A stretch of DNA of 64,000 nucleotides. Origin: Mobula hypostoma. Taxonomy: Eukaryota. The stretch is taken from the NCBI RefSeq assembly GCF_963921235.1, contig NC_086098.1, positions 7,936,001 to 8,000,000 of the forward strand. The letters run 5' to 3'. Positions 1 through 12,875 of the stretch are shown here, one piece after another; positions within the stretch are counted from its first letter, which is position 1, and every line of letters starts with the position of its first letter. The notes beneath the pieces were generated by a model. The model was not told the origin of the DNA and did not search any database. It saw nothing but the letters and a program-made list of their open reading frames with translations. The position numbers and the translations under genes are program-made.

Positions 1-392
1 CCTATACTCACTGCACAGGACATCTTTCCCCCTTTCTACCTCGTCAATGGTGCCAATGTGCACCACGACCTCCAGCTGCTCACCCTCTCTCATCACTACA
101 CCTCTACTTGACTTTACCTTTCCGTGCTGAGTGTCAGACCTCGCCACAGTGCCACTGGCCTGGCTGCTGTCCCAATAGATCATTCGAAGAGGAATACTTG
201 TTGCTCAGGAGAACCCCGCAATGGCTTCTTATTCTCCTTACTGCTCCTGGTGGTCACACATCTACCATCTGGAGCCGACACTCAGGTTTGACCACCTGAG
301 TATAAGTCTCACCTATGAGGCTTTCAGCCTCCTAGATGGTGCTGAATGCATCCAGCTCCAGCTACTGTCCCTTGACCTTGTCAGTCAGGAGC
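1..392 (-). mobile_element. Degenerate CR1 LINE ORF1 (SGNH esterase-like) fragment
   Basis: Reverse complement of ~20-70 reads VVVHIGTIDEVERGKDV, matching the ORF1 motif (IPVVTNDIGRKRDEVL) of the CR1 at 59480-59824. Confidence 0.55.
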
Positions 393-397
393 TAAAG

Positions 398-737
398 TTC
401 AATAGGTACATTTAATGTCGGAGGAATGTATACAATATACATCCTAATATTATTTTTCTTCACAAACATCCAGGAAAACAGAGGAGTGCCCCAAAGAATG
501 AATGACAGTTAAATGTTAGAACCCCAAAGCTCCCCCCCCAGCTCCCTCCTCCCACGCATAAGCAGCAGCAAAGCAACGATCCTCCCTCTCCCCCACCAGC
601 AAAAAAAGCATCAACACCCCCCCTCCACTGAGCACTCAGGCATGCAGCAAAGCATCAATAAAGATACAGACCTGCAGTACCCCGAAGACTACTCATTCAC
701 CTGTTAATTCGATATACCACAGGCTCTCTCTCCCTAG
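398..737 (-). mobile_element. 3' half of the non-autonomous retroposon family seen at 7264-8085
   Basis: Reverse complement aligns by eye with 7742-8075 (gagagagcctgtggtat ... ctttggggttctaacatttaact ... attaaatgtacct). Confidence 0.8.
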
Positions 738-1229
738 CAATTTCCTACTCCATAGACAAGCCTTGACAAGCCATGTTCGCTTTTTAAAACTGGCATATAA
801 AGTCCAGAAGGAACTGTCTCCAACACTGCATGACCTCTCACTCTGCATTTGGACATATGGGCAGAGCAAAGGCAGATGAAGTTTAATCTGGACAAATGTG
901 AAGTATTTCACATTGTGCACCTTATACACAAATGTAGAGACACGGTACATTGTTAATGGCAAGGCTCTCGACACGTTCAAGTTTATACTTCCCTGAAAGT
1001 AGCAAAACAGGTTGATAGGGTAGTAAAGAAGGTATTGAGGTGAGTGCAACAGGGCGCCCAGTTGTTCAGGCGTGTTAGCAGGCCAACAATAGTTCATGAC
1101 TCATTTTGTTAAGTTCAAAGTTCAAAGTAAGGTTATCATCAATGTACAAATATGTCACCATATACTACCCTGAGATTCATTTTCTTGCAGACCTTCACAG
1201 TAGATGCAAAGAAACACTCTCTGGCTATC

Positions 1230-3390
1230 CATCCCATAGGATGATGATGGTTCCTTTCAGTCAGTTAGTGGGGTTTGATATGTGCATCCTGGAGTGGCTG
1301 TACAGGCCAATCCTTGACAGGCACTGCTTGCCACATACTTGGCAGGTGAGGCCTGGAGGGGCATCAGGGCAGAGGCTCTTTTGTAGTGTTTCCTGTGCCT
1401 TTCCTCTGTTGCCTCGTTGAGCTTGTTCTCAGCAGCGTCCACACCTTTTCTGATGGTGTTCCTCCACTGTGAGCGATCTTGAGCCAGAATCTCCCATGGT
1501 GATGGGGCAATGTCAGCTTTCTTGATGCTCCTGTGCAGAACATCCTCGTACCATAGTCGCGGCCTCCTCATTTTCGGGTACCACTGGACAGTTGGCCATA
1601 CAAGATGTCCTTGGGCAGTCTTCCGTCAGGCATTCTGACAACATGTCCTGCCCAGTGCAGTTGGGCTGACATCACCAAGGTTGAAACTGCTGGCATTCCG
1701 GCTCGAGGGAGGACCTCTGTATTGGAGACCTTGTCTCGCCAGGTGATCTTCATCGAAGAATGTAGGTGACGCTGCTGCAGTTGGTCAAGCTGGCGTAAGT
1801 GTCTCTGATATGGGCACCATATCTCACATCCGTATAACAAGGTTGATATGACAACGGCCTTGTATACCTTGCACTTGGTGGCCAACCTGATGTTCTGTGA
1901 CAAAACTCGATCTTTCAGCTGACCAAGGGCAAAGTAGGCTTTTCTAGTTCTTGACTCAATCTCTACATCCAGAGAAGCTGACGATGTTATTATGCTGCCC
2001 AGGTAGCAAAACTTGTTGACAGCATTGAGTGTCATCAATGAGGACAGTTGGTTCTTCGTAGCTTGAGCCAGGAGCCGGTTGGTACAAAACTTCCGTCTTT
2101 TTCAGGTTGATTGTCAGTCCGAAGCTTTTAGCTGCACTGGCAAAGCGACTGATGATCGCCCGTAAGTCTTTGAGAGAGTGGGCAACCAGTCTGATGTGGC
2201 ATCCTGAAGAACAGCAGCGAAGAATAGTCCAAACAGAGTAGGAGCCAGAACACAACCCTGTTTTACACTGTTGCTGATGGAAAATGGGTTTGACAACTCA
2301 CCACACATGTTGATGAGGCCTTCCGTGCCTTTGTGGAACCAATGGGTGATGTTGGGTAGGCGTGGAGGGCAACCGAATTTTGGTAGGAGCTTTCACAGGC
2401 CATTTCTACCAACAGTGTTAAACGTTTTGGTTAGATCAACAAATATGACATAGAGACTTCTCTGCTGCTCAACACATTTCTCTTGCAGCTGCCTCGGTGA
2501 AAAGATCATGTCCACTGTACTACAGCCTGTTCGAAAACTACACTGGCTTTCTGGAAGGATGTTGTCACTGATGTTGGACACCAAGCGTCAAAGAATGATC
2601 TTCACAAGGCATTTTCCCACAACTGACAGAAGAGAGATGGCACAGTAATTATTGCAGTCTCTCTTGTCTCCCTTGTTCTTGTAGATGGTCATGATTGATG
2701 CGTCTTTGAAGTCTTGTGGTAGTTCTGCAGCTCCCCACAACTTTGTGAACAGCTGGTGCAGGCATGATGTCAGTGTGTGACCACCATATGGGTAGATCTC
2801 GGCTGTGATACTGTCAGGCCCTGGTGCTTTGTTGGGTTTATCTGTTTGATGGTTTTGATGACCTCGTGAAGAGTAGGGGGAGCATCTAGCTCGAACAGTA
2901 TGGGTCGAGGGTGTAATCTGCCCAGTGCTTCATCGGTGATGGTTCCTGGTCTGTTCAGCAGCTCGTGGAAGTGTTCTTGCCATCTTTTCATGTGCTCTAA
3001 CTTCTCAGTGAAGATGGATGTACTGTCCTTGCTCAGGAGTTGTGAGGTACCTCGTTTCGATGGTCCATACACAACCTTGATTGCTTCATAGAAGCTTCTT
3101 GAGTCATTACAGTCAGCGAAGGCTTGTAATTCTTTGGCCTTGTTCACCCACCACTGGTCTTTCGTAGCTCTGAGCTGCCTCTGCAAAGTTAATTTTGCAC
3201 TCAAAAAGGCACATTTTTTTGGAACTTGAGTTTGGGAGTCGAAGAAGAGGCTGATGTGCAGCTGCCTTAGCTCTTAGAAGGTCTTGCACAGATTGGTTGC
3301 TCTAAATCAAACCAGTCCTGATGCTCGCGCTTGACTTTCCCCGAGGTGTCCTGGGCAGCGCTGTAGACCGTTTCTTTGAAGGCATTCCTG
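1230..3390 (-). mobile_element. RTE-clade LINE, 5'-truncated, frameshifted RT
   Basis: ORF pieces ESQCSFRTGCSTVDMIF, LYVIFVDLTKTF, VKQGCVLAPTLF, FGLTINLKKTEV, FCYLGSII, WAGHVVRMPDGRLPKDILYG; (CAT)n-like tail near 1240. Confidence 0.9.
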
Positions 3391-3399
3391 TGCTCAGTA

Positions 3400-3860
3400 A
3401 TAAACACTATAAAATCACTGAAAACTGCACACAAAGAAGGAAAACAACGAATGTGCAAAAGATAACAAATTATACAAAAACAAAAAGAAAAACAAAATAA
3501 TAATAATAATAAAAATAAATAATATTTGGGACATGAGTGGTAGATTCCTTGAAAGTGAGTCCATAGGTTGTGAAATCAGTTCAGTGTTGGGGTGAGTGAA
3601 GCTATCCACGTTGGTTCAGGAGCCTGGTAGTTGAGAATGAATAAGTGTTTCCAAATCTAGTGCTGTGGGTCCTGAGACGCCTGTACCTTCTTCCTGATGG
3701 TAACATCGAGAAGAGAGCATGGCCTGGATGGTGGGCATTCTTTATGTTAGATGCCTCTTTCCTGTGACACCACTCTGCGTAGATGTGCTCAATGGTGGGG
3801 AGAGCTTTATCCATGATGGACGGGACTGTATCCATTACTTTTTGTCGGCATTTCATTAAG
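3400..3860 (-). mobile_element. Rex-Babar/L2-like LINE 3' end
   Basis: ORF 3602-3856 HPGHALFSMLPSGRRYRRLRT..TRLLN, followed by an AT-rich 3' UTR. Confidence 0.75.
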
Positions 3861-4178
3861 GTCCCCCATCACCCCAGACATGCCCTCTCCTCATTGCTAC
3901 TATCAAGAAGGAAGTACAGAGACTTGAAGCCACACAACCAATGATTCAGGAATAGTTTCTTCCCCTCTGCCATCAGGTTTCTGAATGGACATTGAACCCA
4001 TGAATACTACCTCACTACTTTTTATTGGACTAATGTACTACCTATTTGATTTAACTATTTAATTATACTTACTGTAATTCACATTTTTTCTTGATTATTA
4101 TGTATTGTTTTGTACTGTTGCTGCAAGGACAACAAATTTCATGACATATGCCGGTGATATTAAATCTGATTCTGATTC
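3855..4178 (+). mobile_element. Rex-Babar/L2-like LINE 3' end
   Basis: cattaaggtcccccatcacccagacatgccctc... then ttcttcccctctgccatcagg, ending in a (tctgat)n tail. Confidence 0.7.
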
Positions 4179-4307
4179 AAGGGCACTGGTGTTTCCGTAC
4201 CAGGCCAAGATGCAACCAGTCAGGATGCTCTCCTCCCTGCATCTATAGAACTTTGTCAAAGTTTTAAATGACATGCCGTCTCTGTTGTTTCAAGTTCATC
4301 ATTACAG

Positions 4308-4369
4308 AGTTTGATCAAATTTATGCAACTGGAATCATTACCACTGAAACAGGAAGAAAGATCCTGCAG
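4308..4369 (+). CDS. Candidate internal exon of an unidentified host gene, (E)FDQIYATGIITTETGRKILQ
   Basis: ttcatcattacag| acceptor and CAG|gtataa donor, 62 nt, open frame, at the start of a repeat-free island. Protein not recognised. Confidence 0.35.
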
Positions 4370-5468
4370 GTATAATTTCACTTTTCTGTGTAATTTTGGC
4401 ATTTAATGAAGCTACTAAGTGAGAAGGTTTCTCTTGTTGTTATCTTCCTTTGCGTTTTCATTGCAATAATTGTATTGTTGCCAGGGTATTATTGTAAATG
4501 AGACTTTGGATGGATGAGCAGTTAGAGGGTGAGATCAAGATAACGAGATAGATAATTACAATAATGCAGTAATATCAAACCGCATCTAGCAGAAAGAGTT
4601 CTTATTTTTTTCATTAAAGGAACGAAACAATTATTCAAATATCAAAGTAAAAATAATTCGTCAACTATGACTGTGCTGATAATTTTGGGAGCCATAAAAT
4701 GAGTTAGGTACAATCACAACATGATTGATAACTCAAAATAAATTGTATTGTTCTTAAAATTAAACTGAATTATATTCAATAAATAATACTAGATCAAATC
4801 AAATGGATTTTCAATCTTATTACAGGACAGATGCAAAAGAGCTTAAGGCCTCTTTGTTTGCTGGCAATTAATTCAACGTAATCATATGCAGAATCAGGCT
4901 CATTCTCATGGACATACTGTATATTGTGGAATTCAGTGCAATACAAAAAAACTTACTGTGTTACAATAAGAAGTATTTTTAAAAGTGAAAAAAAGGGCAA
5001 AATATTATTGCTCGTGCATTTAGGGACATCAGAAATATGATGATGGAGGGGATAAAGCTGTTCCTAAAATGCAGAGCATGCATCCTCAGGTTATATATAC
5101 CTCGTCTCTGATGGTCGTAATGTGAAGAGAACATGTGCTGGATTGTGAGGGTCTCAATGATCGATGTCCCCTTCTTGAGGCACCAGCCAGCTTGTACTCC
5201 TTCCTCTCCCTCCATATTCTTCCCCTTCCTTTCCAGTCCTGATGGAGGGTCTCAGCCCAAAATGGTGACTCTTCGAATCTTCTAAACCTTGAAAATTTGA
5301 ATTTGAAACATTATTTCTCAGGTGAGGGTTATACATTTCTGAAGAATATACTTTAAGTTACAAGAAATGTCCAAGAAGTAGAAGGATAAATAGACCAAAT
5401 GGTGTTTTTAATCTTGTTCCAACATTGAATAAGATCATGGTTATCCTTTACATCTAGAGAGAAATAAC

Positions 5469-5504
5469 AGTCGAAGTTTCAGGCTGAGACCCTTCATCAG
5501 GACT
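5469..5504 (-). ncRNA. Hammerhead ribozyme-like motif (PLE-associated)
   Basis: Reverse complement agtc-CTGATGA-agggtctcagcct-GAAA-ct-TC-gact; catalytic boxes intact, stem I agtc/gact. Confidence 0.6.
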
Positions 5505-7263
5505 GAAAAGGTCGGTGGAGGGAAAGGAGTTCAGTACCTCTCCACCTTTCAACTTCCAGCTTCACACTTCCCACCCCACCCCCACCACCATTCTCCCACC
5601 AACCCAGTTTTTTGTGTTTTCTCTTCATTTAGAAAATAGTTACCCTTTCATTTCTTCGCCCAAAGTGGAAGACCATACACTTCCTGACATTGTGCTCCAT
5701 CTGCCTTTCTTTGCCCATTCTCCTAATCGGTCTAAGTCCTTCTGTAGCCTCTCTACTTCCTCAAAACTACCTGTCCCTCCACCTATCTTCATATTGCCTA
5801 CAAACTTTGCAAGAAAACCGTCAATTCCATCATCCAAATCATTGACATATAATGTAAAAATATTCAGTCTCCACACAGACCCCTGTGGAACACCACTAGT
5901 CACTGGCAGCCAGACAGAAGAAGCTCCCTTTATTTCCATTCTTTGCCTCCTGCCAATCAGCCACTGTTTTATCCATGCTAGATCCTTTCCTGTAATACAA
6001 TGGGCTCATATCTTGTTAAGCAGCCTCATGTGTGGCACCTTAACAAAGGCCTTCTGACGTTCCAAGTAAACAAGATCAACCAATTCTCCTTTGTCTATCC
6101 TGCTTGTTATTTCTTCAAAGGATTCCAACAGATTTGTCAGGCAAAATTTTCCCTTGAGGAAACCATACTGACTGTGGCCTATTTTATCATGTGCCTCCAA
6201 GTTTCCTGAGACTTCATCCTTAATAATCGACTTTAACATCTTCCCAACCACTGAGATCTAACTAACCGGCATATAGTTTCCTTTCTTCTGCCTCTCTCCC
6301 TTCTTGAAGAGTGGAAAGACATCTAAAATTCTCCACTTTTCTGGAACCATGCAAGAATCTAGTGATTCTTGAAAGATCATTACCAATGGTTCCACGATAT
6401 CTTTAGCCACCTCTTTCAGAACCCTGGGGTATGCACCATCTGGTCCAGGTGACTTATCCACCTCCAGACCTTTCAGTTTCCCAAGAACCTTCTCTCTAGT
6501 TATGGTAACTGCACACACTTCATACCCCCTGACACCTGGAACTTCCACCATACTGCTAGTGTCTTCCACAGTGAAAACTGATGCAAAATACTCATTCAGT
6601 TTTTCTGCTATTTCCTCGTCCCCATTACTACCTCGGCAGCATTATTTTCTAGCAGTCCAATATCCACTCTTTCCTCTCTTTTACGCTGTATGTATTTGAA
6701 GAAACTTTTGATATCCTCTTTAATATGATTGGCTAGCTTACTTTTATATTCTATCTTTGCCTTCTTAATTACTTTTTTTTTGTTGCCTTCTATTGGCAGT
6801 TAAAAGCTTCCCAATCCTCCAACTTCGCACTAAATGTTGCTCTAACGTCTGCACTTTCTTTGGTTTTTATGTTGGTTTTGACTTCTCTTCTTACCCATAG
6901 TTGTGTCATCTTTCTTTTAGAATACTTGTTCCTCTTTGGGATGTATATATCCAGTGACTTCCAAATTGTTTCCAGAAATTCCAGTCATTGTTGCTCAGCT
7001 GTCATCCCTGCCAGTGTTCTTTTCCAATCTATTCTGGCCATCTCCTCTCTCATGCCTCTGAAATTCCCATAACTCCACTGTAATACTGATACATCTGACT
7101 TTAGCTTCTTCTTCTCAAATTTCAGGGTGAATTCAATCCTATTATGATCACTTTCTCCTAAGGGTTCTTTTACCTTAAGCTCTGTAATCAGTTTTGGCTC
7201 ATTGCATAGCACCCAATCCTGAATAGCTGTTCCTCTAGTGGGTTCAACCACAAGCACTAAAAA

Positions 7264-8085
7264 GCTGGAGGCAGAGCGCAGTGAAGATGGCGCTAAACGG
7301 CAACTCCTTTGCTTGCATCTTCAGAAACAACTCTATTTCCATCTTTAATATCTTTATTTTTCCCGTTCAGGGTTCTTTTGAAGACCCATGCCCTGGAGTT
7401 ACATGCTGACGATAGTTCTTTGCCGGAAGGGAATCTGCTCTCAGGGTCTCATAACCGGCCGTTATTGTTCGGCACACCAAGCGTTTGGCCTAAGAGTCTG
7501 GCTTGGCTTTGGAGGCCTAGGATCTCCGGGCTCTGGAGACGGGTGGGGATCACAGTTCGGTGTCATAGCAGGAGACCTGTGTGTCATCGGGGGGAGTCAG
7601 AATATCTACGGCTGTGTGCCCAATTCTTTGGACAAAGAGATAAAAAAAAGCGATGTAACAGACTTTTAACATCGTAAACCAGCGAGTTGTTTGTTATGTC
7701 TCCCTGCTCACGGTGAAAATGGAGACATCTCTTGCTTCCTTATTAGGGAGAGAGCCTGTGGTATGTCGAATACCAGGTGAAACGCAAAGTCTTTGGGCTA
7801 ACTGCAAGTCTGTGACTTTGCTGTTGCTTCGTTCACGCTTGAGTGCTCAGTGACGGGTGCCGATGCTTTTTTTCTGGTGGTGGGGGACAGGGAATTGTTG
7901 CTTGCTGCCGCTTACGCGCGGGAGGGAGGGGGAGCTGAGGGGACTTTGGGGTTCTAACATTTAACTCTCATTCATTCTTTGGGGAACTCCTCTGTTTTCG
8001 TGGATGGTTATGAAGAAAAAGCATTTCAGAATGTATATTGTATGCATTTCTCTGACATTAAATGTACCTTTGAAACCTTTAAAAA
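7264..8085 (+). mobile_element. Non-autonomous retroposon (~820 bp) with AAGATGGCG head
   Basis: Splits the CR1 with an imperfect TSD (taaaaagct/taaaaaaact); aagatggcg at 7284-7292; attaaa plus a short repeated tail at the 3' end; second partial copy at 398-737; no recognisable ORF. Confidence 0.75.
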
Positions 8086-8195
8086 AACTATCTCATAGGC
8101 ACTCTAGCTACTCCCCCTCCTGGAATCCAGCACCAACCTGATTTTCCCAAACTACCTGCATCTTGAAGTCCCCCATGACTATTGTAACATTGCCC

Positions 8196-8980
8196 TTTTT
8201 TTAAATACTTTACTTTCAAAATTTTTTAATAAAAGACAATGAAATCAACAAGAAAATTACCAGCTCAGACATGTGTAAAAATGAAATAAGCAAAAGGAAA
8301 AAGGGACAAACATTAGAGGGATGCCTATTGTACAAAGTGCTCAAAAATACTAAACACTAAATCTCAAATGAGGGTCGTGAGAAATCAGCTGGGGGAAAAT
8401 TGTTCATCCTCCCCTAGCCTCATTCAGGTAGGCAAGAAATGGATCCCAGATAGCCGATTTTTTTTTTAACTGAATTGGTTCTCAAGAAGCTAAGTTTCTC
8501 CATCTGTATGACTGAGATCATATCAGCCATCCATCTCTGAAAGGAAGTGGGAGAGGGTGATTTCCATTCCCCCAAGGTATGTCATTTGGCGACAAACATC
8601 CCCAGCATCAGAGACTGTTGTATGGCTGCAAGGAAACAAATAGTAGATTGCGAGCAGCCAAATATAGCGAGACCAGCTTCCAAGGGGAAGGATCTTTTAT
8701 AGGCCTTTGAGTACCAGTCGAATATTTTGGACCAAAATCCAGTCAGTAATGGGCAAAGCCAAAAGGTGTGTGACACCTCCGTCCCTTGGCACCTATCACA
8801 CAGTGGCGAGACAGAAGGGTAAATCCTGTGCAACCTAAGTTTAGAGTAGTGGAGACGGTGAACAACTTTAAACTGGAGCAGTTGGTGTCTGCTGTTAACA
8901 GAGCAAGCCTGTCTCATACACAAAGTCTTGTCCCAGGCAGCTTCAGATAATTCAATGCCCACCTCCTCTCTTTCCAGGCA
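8196..8980 (-). mobile_element. L1/Tx1-like LINE 3' fragment (ORF2 C-terminal CCHC region)
   Basis: LLQFKVVHRLHYSKLRLHRIYPSVSPLCDRCQGTEVSHTFWLCP; T-run (poly-A) at 8196; short ctttt duplication at the junctions. Confidence 0.85.
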
Positions 8981-9150
8981 TCTTTTGACATGTATTTCTA
9001 TCTCCCTTTGTAATCTGTAGGCCACATGCTTAGTACTGTTTGGGAGTCTATTGACAACTCCCATCATGGTCTTTTTACCCTTGCAGTTCCTTAGCTCTAT
9101 GCACAATGATTCAAAATCTACCAGCCCATGCTACTCCTTTTTAATGATAT

Positions 9151-9828
9151 AACCATATAACCGTACAACCATACAACAATTACAGAACGGAAACAGGCCA
9201 TCTCGGCCCTTCTAGTCCGTGCCGAACTTTTACTCTCACCTAGTCCCACTGACCTGCACTCAGCCCATAACCCTCCATTCCTTTCCTGTCCATATATCTA
9301 TCCAATTTAACTTTAAACGACAATATCGAACCTGCCTCTACCACTTCTGCTGGAAGCTCGTTCCACACAGCTACCACTCTCTGAGTAAAGAAGTTCCTCC
9401 TCATGTTACCCCTAAACTTTTGCCCTTTAACTCTCAACTCATGTCCTCTTGTTTGAATCTCCCCAACTCTCAATGGAAAAAGCCTATGCACGTCAACTCT
9501 ATCTATCCCCCTCATAATTTTAAATACCTCTATCAAGTCACCCCTCAACCTTCTACGCTCCAAAGAATAAAGACCTAACTTGTTCAGCCTTTCTCTGTAA
9601 CTTAGGAGATGAAACCCAGGCAACATTTTAGTAAACCTCCTCTGTACTCTCTCAATTTTATTGACATCTTTCCTATAATTTGGTGACCAGAACTGTACAC
9701 AATACACCAAATTTGGCCTTACCAATGCCTTATACAATTTCAACATTACATCCCAACTCCTATACTCAATGCTCTGATTTATAAAGGCCAGCATAGCAAA
9801 AGCTTTCTTCACCACCCTATCCACATGA
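9151..9828 (-). mobile_element. CR1 LINE 3' end nested in CR1
   Basis: [19 protein letters not shown]...LERRRLRGDLIEVFKI; (aaccatat)n tail; TSD gatat at 9146-9150 and 9829-9833. Confidence 0.9.
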
Positions 9829-10559
9829 GATATGATTTCATTTTTTATCAAAAAAGGAACAGCACTCCCTCTACCTTCTGGCCTATCCTTGGACATTAAT
9901 CTCCCAGCTATAATCTTTCAGCCATGATTCAGTGATATCTGCAACATCATACCTGGAATCATCCCTGATCCTGGCACAAGGGGGCAACACACCATCCAGG
10001 TGGCTCATTCGTACCCACTGAATCTTGTCTCTGTTCTTCTGACTAAGGAATCTCCTATCAGCACCAGAGTCATCTTCACCTCTCTGTATTTCTGAGCCAC
10101 AGCACCAGATTCAGTGCCAGAGATCTGGTCATGGTCACTCCCTTCTGGTAGGTTGTTCCGTCAATAGTATCTAAAGCTATTCGCTTTTTATTAAGGGGAA
10201 CAACTACAAGTATACTCTGCACTGGCTGTGCATTCTCTCTCCTTCTCCTGACAGTGACACATACCTCACCCTCACAGATCTCACCTATCACCAGCCAGCT
10301 GGTTCTCCTTCCCCTGCCCCCACCTTCTTCCCCTTCCGTTCCAGCCCTGTTGAAAGTTTTCAGCCCAAAGTTGTACCTCATTTTTCCTCTCTATAACCAG
10401 CTGAGTTCCCTTAAAACTCTTTGTGTGTTGTTCTGGCATTTCAACATCTGCAGCACCTTTCATGTTCATAATTTGCAGCTCCACTGCGGTCTCTTCGAGG
10501 GATGCTGACCCTGAAGAAGATTAAATTCTCTCTCACTACTCCCCACCTCTGTGATCTCT

Positions 10560-10780
10560 GCTGCTCTCCGACTCAATACTGACCTCACCTACCACCTTCT
10601 AGCTATCCTCCTTCCCCCTCCTCCCTGCTTATTTTGGCATCTTCCCCTTCCTTTCCAGTCCTGAAGAAGGGTCTCGACCTGAAACGCTGATTGTTTATTC
10701 ATTTCTAAGAGTGCGGCCTGACCTTCTGAGTTCCTCCAACATTTCATGTGAGTTGATCGGCAGAATCTCTTGTTTTATCT
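10560..10780 (+). mobile_element. Penelope-like terminal repeat fragment with degenerate hammerhead motif (10657-10692)
   Basis: Pyrimidine-rich tract, then agtcCTGAAGAagggtctcgacctGAAAcgctgatt, then the shared gcctgacc..ctgagttcctcc tail. Confidence 0.65.
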
Positions 10781-11544
10781 TTTACCTCTTCCTCTTTCCC
10801 ACCTCGTCCCTAATTCCCTTTGTGATCAAAAATCCATCAATTTCAATCTTGATCAATGACTGAGCATCTGGTACTTTCTGAAGTCAGTATTTCTGAGAAC
10901 AAAACCTATCCTCTAATTTCACTCCTAAATCGCTAGTCTCTTATCCGGTGATTATGCTTTCTAGACCCAAGCTCTCCAGCTTGACCTCCCAGTCCCTGAC
11001 TGTCAATCACACACAGATAGGCTGTTTCATTGGGATAACCTTTTATTCTTCTAACCTCCAGTGAGAATAAAGTAATCTTCTTTAGTCTTTGTATCTAAGG
11101 CAACTCTTTCATCCCAGGGAAAAATGATTACCATGTTGTAAGAGCTTGTAGTACTGAGTTCATCAAAATAATTGACACATTAGTGTGAAAAACGATATAT
11201 TCAAAAACCAATTTATTAGTTATCACCTAATGTGTGTTCATGGTCTTCTGCCGCTGTTGCCCATCCATCTAAATCCAATGTGCTGTGCATTCAGAGTGCT
11301 CTTCTGCACACCACTGTTATAACACATGGTTATTTGAGTTACTGTCACCTTCCTGTCAGCTTTAACCAGTCTGGCTATTCTGCCCTGGCTTCCACCATGA
11401 AAAAAGCATTTTCACCCACAGAACTGCCGCACACTGGATTTTTTTTTTTTTGTTTTCACACTATTCTGTATAAATTCTAGAGACTGCTGTGCTTGAAAGT
11501 GCAGGAAATCAGCAGCTTCTGAGATACTAGTCTGGCAAAAGAGA

Positions 11545-12875
11545 GAACTTCAGCATTGGGGCACTCTGCCTCTCCATGAGATGCCCAATCTGAGAGGTTG
11601 GCACTGATCATGGACCCCAGGTATGTGAACAGATGGAAAAACATCTAGTTTGTAGTTATCAAATGTAATGATGATGGCAATGGTGCCTCCAAGCCTTGTC
11701 CCAAGACTTCTGTCTTTTTCAGGCTGATAGTCAGACCAAATTCCTTGTGGGCCTGGGGAAGTGATCATCACTTTCTGTGGGTTCTGTGGAAAATGGGTTA
11801 TGACTGTGGCATCATCAACAAACAGCATGGGCTCTTTGATCATAGTCTCAGGCACTTTGGTTTTTGCTCTTAGGCAGACGAGGTTAAAAGGCCTACCATC
11901 CGACCAAGTGTGCAAGTAGATCCCCTCTGCTGCAGTGCCAATTGAGTGCCCCGGGAGAAAGGCAAAGAAGATCCCAGAGAGTGTTGGGGCAAGAACACAG
12001 CCTTGCTTAACACCACTGCTTATGTCAAAGGGCTCCAGAGAAGCATTGTATCTCATTGTCCTTTTCGTGCTGTTGTGGAAGGGTTTGATCATGCATTTTA
12101 GTCTTGGCAGCTTACCTTAGAGAGGATCTGAACGAGCCTATCTCTGCTGACAAAGTCAAATAACTCAGTGAGGTCAATAAACGCAAAGTAGAGGGGCTTC
12201 TTTCGTTCTCTGCACTTCTGGAGTTGGTGGAGAAAGAAAATCATGTCCTCAGTTGGCCTTACAGCAGGAAAGCCACAGTGACTCTGGGCGGACATGTTCA
12301 GCCAACGTCTCTAGGCAAGCCAAGAAGACTTTGTCAACAGCACTCAAGAGGGAGAAGCCCCCGTAGTTGCAGTTGCTTCTCTCGCCTTTGTTCTTGTAGG
12401 GGATAATGATCTTGGCATCCCTCATATGCTCCTTCCTGCCAGTATTGACAGACTACTTCATGAAGTGGGAGCAGAATGGGAGTCATGCTTGAACAGGTCT
12501 TGGGGAATTCCACCATTGCCTGGTGTCTTCCCTAAGGCCAAGGCGTCGACCTTGCTGAGCTCCTCTGAGGATGGCTCTGCGTCCAGCTCTTCCATTGTCA
12601 GCAGACACTCAATGGCTTCCGGGTCTGGGGTAGTGACAGTGTTCACTCTGGAGCAGAGGTTAGAGTAATATTTTACCCATCTGTTTGCCCCTGCCTCCTA
12701 TTACTTCCCCATTGATGGAAATGATGGGAGCCATCTTGCTCTGAGAGGGGCCGAAGGTTTTCTTGATGTCACCATGCATACCCCTGATATTACCATTAGG
12801 TGCTGCAGTGTGGATGTCTTCACTGAGCGGCTCTTTGGAACACCACCCATGACATACCCTCTTCTCACATGTTCT
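11545..12875 (-). mobile_element. RTE-clade LINE RT fragment (decayed)
   Basis: GVKQGCVLAPTL, LFVDDA, PLYFAFIDLT, QSHCGF in the ORF track. Confidence 0.85.

Larger units (their letters stand above)
5610..10260 (-). mobile_element. CR1 LINE (APE endonuclease + RT, decayed) interrupted by three insertions
   Basis: ORF pieces [62 protein letters not shown]; colinear across inserts at 7264-8085, 8196-8980 and 9151-9828. Confidence 0.9.

Noticed and set aside
8582..9106. 174-aa ORF as a host zinc-finger gene
   Set aside because: CR1 endonuclease fragment fused to an L1/Tx1 ORF2 C-terminus at an insertion junction.
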